Assembly (NCBI GenBank): GCA_950097015.1
Contig: CATNEN010000003.1
Coordinates: 5,084,001-5,148,000 of the forward strand
Source of the DNA: Macrostomum hystrix
Lineage: Eukaryota > Animalia > Platyhelminthes
Direction of reading: 5' to 3'
DNA: 64,000 nt
The position numbers were made by a program, and so were the translations under genes. Shown one piece after another: positions 61,101 through 64,000 of this stretch. The notes below the pieces were generated by a model. That model was not told the DNA's origin, searched no databases, and saw nothing but the letters and a program-made list of their open reading frames with translations. How positions within the stretch are numbered: position 1 is the stretch's first letter; the number at the start of each line of letters is the position of its first letter.

Positions 61101-63934
61101 AGCTGCCCAATCTCAGTACTCAATTAACGATTCTATTAGACAGCAACAGATGGAAGCTATCAAGGACACTGAGGCCAGGGCCTTAGCTGCCGAAGCTGAG
61201 ACAACCAGGCTCAATCAGGATCTGGAGGCCAAGGCTAGAGATTGCGCTTGTCTTACTGAACAGGTGGGTATAACTTTACCTTGCCTACCTGCCTATTTAC
61301 CAACCCTCTGATCCGCCCCACTCTACTTCTGATTTTAGACTACCTGATGACTATCTGATTACCCTTCCCAACTATCTAACTACTCTATCTACCTACGTGA
61401 CTACCTTACCTACCTTCATGCCTACCGTATCTACCTTTATGCCTACTTAATCTGCCTTCGTACCTACGTTATCTACCTGCGTGCCTATCTTATCTACCTT
61501 CCTACTTACATTTCCTACCTTAATGCCTACCTTCTTAACCTTCATGCCATACCTTATCTACCTCATTGCCTACCTTGTCTACCTTCATGCCTACCTTATC
61601 TACCTGATTGCCTTCTTTATCTACCTACATGCCCACCTTATCAATCTAGATGCCTACCTTATCTACCTACATGCCATACCTTATCTACCTCATTGCCTAC
61701 CTTGTCTACCTTCATGCCTAACTTATCTACCTAATTGCCTACTTTATCTACCTACATGCCCACCTTATCAATCTAGATGCCTACCTTCTTAACCTTCATG
61801 CCATACCTTATCTACCTCATTGCCTACCTTGTCTACCTTCATGCCTACCTTATCTACCTACATGCCTACCTTATCTACCTACATGTCTACATTATCTACC
61901 TACATACCTACCTTATCTACCTTCAGGTAAATCAGCTCAAAGCCGCAGCCGCAGCCCTAACCGAAGAGAAGCTTCAATTAGAGTCTGAACTGGAATCGTT
62001 GAACACCGAGATTGGCCAGCTGAGGTCTCGCATAGCCGAGTTAGAGGCTCGGGACACAGCCAATCAGCGTGAGCTCATGTCCAGTCGCGACGACGCCGAG
62101 CGACTGCACGCCCGATTGAAATCGCTCAGCGCCGAACGAGACGAAGCCATTGAAGAGCGCGATCGTCTGCTCGACCAGCTGTCGGCTAGGCGAAGTCCCC
62201 GATCGCCGCCTCACGGAGCCGAGACGGAGCAGTCCGCCGCCACCGGTCGTCGGATGACACCAACTGGGGAAGTTGAATCGAGGGCGACAATCGGTCTAGC
62301 CCAAGCCAGGCCTGGCGACGTCGTGGACGCGTCTTCGATTGGCGGAAAGACTATCGAAAAAGAATTCGGCTTTGCCGCTGTCGATGCTCAAACTGAGGGC
62401 GCTCTGCCAGACAATGTTCAGGTTAATTATTGGATTTGTTTTATCTGTTTTTTCCCCATGTTTTCTGTTTTATCCTTTTTTCCATGAGATCCTCAGGTAG
62501 ATCTCCTGTCTTCCATGAGATCCTCAGGTAGATCACCTGTCTTCCATGAGATCCTCAGGTAGATCACCTGTCTTCCATGAGATCCTCGGGTAGATCTCCT
62601 GTCTTCCATGAGATCCTCAGGTAGATCACCTGTCTTCCATGAGATCCTCAGGTAGATCACCTGTCTTCCATGAGATCCTCGGGTAGATCTCCTGTCTTCC
62701 ATGAGATCCTCAGGTAGATCTGCTGTCTTCCATGAGATCCTCAGGTAGATCTCACTGTCTTCCATGAGATCTTCGGGTAGATCTCCTGTCTTCCATGAGA
62801 TCCTCAGGTAGATCTCCTGTCTTCCATGAGATCCTCAGGTAGATCTCCTGTCTTCCATGAGATCCTCGGGTAGATCTCCTGTCTTCCATGAGATCCTCAG
62901 GTAGATCTCCTGTCTTCCATGAGATCCTCAGGTAGATCACCTGTCTTCCATGAGATCCTCAGGTAGATCACCTGTCTTCCATGAGATCCTCGGGTAGATC
63001 TCCTGTCTTCCATGAGATCCTCAGGTAGATCTGCTGTCTTCCATGAGATCCTCGGGTAGATCTCCTGTCTTCCATGAGATCCTCAGGTAGATCTCCTGTC
63101 TTCCATGAGATCCTCAGGTAGATCTCCTGTCTTCCATGAGATCCTCGGGTAGATCTCCTGTCTTCCATGAGATCCTCAGGTAGATCTGCTGTCTTTAATG
63201 AGATCCTCAGGTAGATCTACTGTCTGTCATGAGATCCTATGGTAAACATCCTATCTTCCTTATATCCCTAAATCGGTCTACTAACTCGTATCTTCATAGA
63301 TTGTTTTGTCGATCAGTGTGATGATTCGCCAGCATTTTCAAATCCTCATATTAGCTTATCATTTTTATCATTCCAGTCTCTTTTGCGTAGAGCCTCTGAT
63401 GCCGGTCTTCAACTAATTAGCATCAGTCAGCAGCATCATCATCATCACAAGCATCATCACCAGCAGCATCAGCAGCAGCATCAGCAGCCATGGGAGCAGT
63501 CAGCTGACGATCATCATGAAGCTTATCGCTATCATCAGAACCGTCTGCTAGCTGCATGGAGAGCGGAGAAGGACGCCCTTCTGGCAACCATCGACGCACT
63601 AAAAGAGGCCCTGGCAACTGCCACCAAGGCCAGAACAGACGGCGACGGTCACGAAGGCGTCGACAGCGCCGGTGGATTAGAATCCTCCAGCGGCGATCGA
63701 TGGTGCGATTATCACTTCGATAGCAGCGCCTGGCGGGAGAGCCTTCTGGCCTGCGTTGAGCGCCTATTCGCCGAGGAGCGAGTCGCTGCCCTGGCCAACG
63801 CCCGGGCGCATCGACTGCTGGCCACGGAGCCGGAGGTGGCTGCTGAGCAGGCTGTGCGAGCTTCCGCGGCCGATTCGGCCAGGCTTGAACAACTGGCCAT
63901 GGATCAGCGGGTGGGACTGGATCGGCTGCATCAG
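31058..63934 (+). CDS. Pericentrin/AKAP9-like giant coiled-coil protein, 3' end beyond the window (about 2235 codons here)
   Basis: Exons 31058-31180, 31473-31491, 37052-37543, 38321-38537, 39284-39956, 41115-42126, 45558-45730, 47122-47199, 48223-48368, 49133-49263, 50272-50313 (tentative), 53129-53653, 54493-54955, 55466-55970, 56577-57056, 57175-57258, 60775-61263, 61927-62421, 63377-63934; all GT-AG with matching phases. [30 protein letters not shown] resembles the conserved internal AKAP9/PCNT motif. No PACT domain is within the window. Confidence 0.8.
33330..34352 (-). pseudogene. pol: Protease and pre-RT pol remnant
   Basis: [13 protein letters not shown]...LVLGSDFL; downstream [26 protein letters not shown]. 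Confidence 0.88.
34630..35569 (-). pseudogene. gag: gag with frameshifts and two CCHC knuckles
   Basis: [17 protein letters not shown] homologous to the gag at 298-1398; [14 protein letters not shown] and [14 protein letters not shown] in shifted frames; GGGAAAC at 34636-34642. Confidence 0.88.
35733..35750 (-). promoter_or_regulatory. Primer binding site, tRNA-Lys(CUU)
   Basis: TGGCGCCCAATGTGGGGC, one mismatch from the canonical Lys1,2 PBS, 3 nt from the LTR end. Confidence 0.9.
37900..38290 (+). repeat. Intronic minisatellite of about 37 bp (TAGTCGATAATCCGATGCCTATTCACTAATCCATTGA)
   Basis: Tandem units visible. Confidence 0.9.
38640..39190 (+). repeat. Intronic 39-bp / 17-bp minisatellite (ATCCCAAGTTCTTTAAG core)
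   Basis: Tandem units visible. Confidence 0.9.
39976..40540 (+). repeat. Intronic 29-bp minisatellite (CTGATTGGCTGGTTTCTGGTTAGTGAGTT)
   Basis: Tandem units visible. Confidence 0.95.
41115..42126 (+). CDS. Largest exon of the coiled-coil gene
   Basis: TTTCGCAG acceptor, G|GTGAGC donor, open heptad-rich frame. Confidence 0.9.
42175..45340 (+). repeat. Intronic 20-bp minisatellite (TATCCCCTCAGTTTGATAGT), about 3.1 kb
   Basis: Tandem units visible. Confidence 0.98.
45815..46605 (+). repeat. Intronic 32-bp minisatellite (CAGGTAGTTCAGGCTCCCATCTTACCCACACT)
   Basis: Tandem units visible. Confidence 0.97.
47255..48140 (+). repeat. Intronic 20-bp pyrimidine-rich minisatellite (TTCCTCCCTTCACTCTCACC)
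   Basis: Tandem units visible. Confidence 0.97.
48394..49121 (+). repeat. Intronic 36-bp minisatellite (TCGGTCATTACCCCTTCTGAAACCTTGTAGTTAGAA)
   Basis: Fills nearly the whole intron. Confidence 0.95.
49490..49805 (+). repeat. Intronic CT-rich repeat of about 13 bp (CCTATCTACCTCT)
   Basis: Tandem degenerate units. Confidence 0.85.
50520..51470 (+). repeat. Intronic 21-bp minisatellite (TATCTAGATGCCAGTTTCCAA)
   Basis: Tandem units visible. Confidence 0.96.
52100..53055 (+). repeat. Intronic 36-bp minisatellite (AAGAATGGAAAATCCCCAAATCTTTTAGAAATCGGT)
   Basis: Tandem units visible. Confidence 0.96.
53700..54425 (+). repeat. Intronic 17-bp minisatellite (CATGATCCCCAACACCC)
   Basis: Tandem units visible. 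Confidence 0.96.
54493..54955 (+). CDS. Exon carrying the AKAP9/pericentrin-like motif
   Basis: [24 protein letters not shown]; AG acceptor at 54491-54492, donor GTTAGT. Confidence 0.85.
54975..55200 (+). repeat. Intronic repeat of about 25 bp (CTTATTGGCTGAAAAACAGCGATTC)
   Basis: About 9 units. Confidence 0.9.
56012..56098 (+). repeat. Intronic 20-bp repeat (CTCTAATCCTCTTAGGTAAT)
   Basis: About 4 units. Confidence 0.9.
56176..56488 (+). mobile_element. Full-length tRNA-derived SINE with (ATT)n tail
   Basis: A-box TAGCCTAGTGG, B-box GGTTCGATTC, Nin/Deu-like core, 3' (ATT)n. Confidence 0.88.
57545..60578 (+). repeat. Intronic 33/31-bp minisatellite (GTTCTGCCTGTCACTCTGTCTGTATTTCACTTT), about 3 kb
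   Basis: Tandem units visible. Confidence 0.98.
61380..61922 (+). repeat. Intronic minisatellite of about 21 bp (ATGCCTACCTTATCTACCTAC)
   Basis: Runs up to the 3' splice site. Confidence 0.92.
62480..63240 (+). repeat. Intronic 31-bp minisatellite (TTCCATGAGATCCTCAGGTAGATCTCCTGTC)
   Basis: Tandem units visible. Confidence 0.97.
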
Positions 63935-64000
63935 GTGAGCCGCGCTTAAACTGCCGCCCGCTTGACGTTGAAATCTTCCATTTGACCTTGGAGTCTTCCA

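Overview
Eukaryotic (metazoan) genomic DNA rich in repeats. The intronic minisatellites, SINE type and gene style resemble a flatworm such as Macrostomum, but that is inference only. The first ~27 kb is mostly mobile DNA. It holds the 5' end of an apparently intact Ty3/gypsy element (gag, -1 frameshift signal, protease, PBS, LTR) and a disabled C-type-lectin-like membrane ORF. It also holds a nested ~7-8 kb structure made of 21-bp minisatellite arrays, a 16-bp inverted repeat, ~860-bp inverted arms and two Crypton/DUF3504-type ORFs. Solo LTRs, LINE and SINE fragments, MITEs, local duplications and a small RING-finger ORF are also present. From 27.5 kb there are two head-to-head genes. One is a 4-exon unknown gene on the minus strand. 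The other is a pericentrin/AKAP9-like coiled-coil gene on the plus strand: 19 phase-consistent exons, about 2235 codons, running off the window. A deleted gypsy element sits in its second intron, and 15 of the 16 later complete introns each carry a different minisatellite. All coordinates were read by eye; repeat and element boundaries are approximate.
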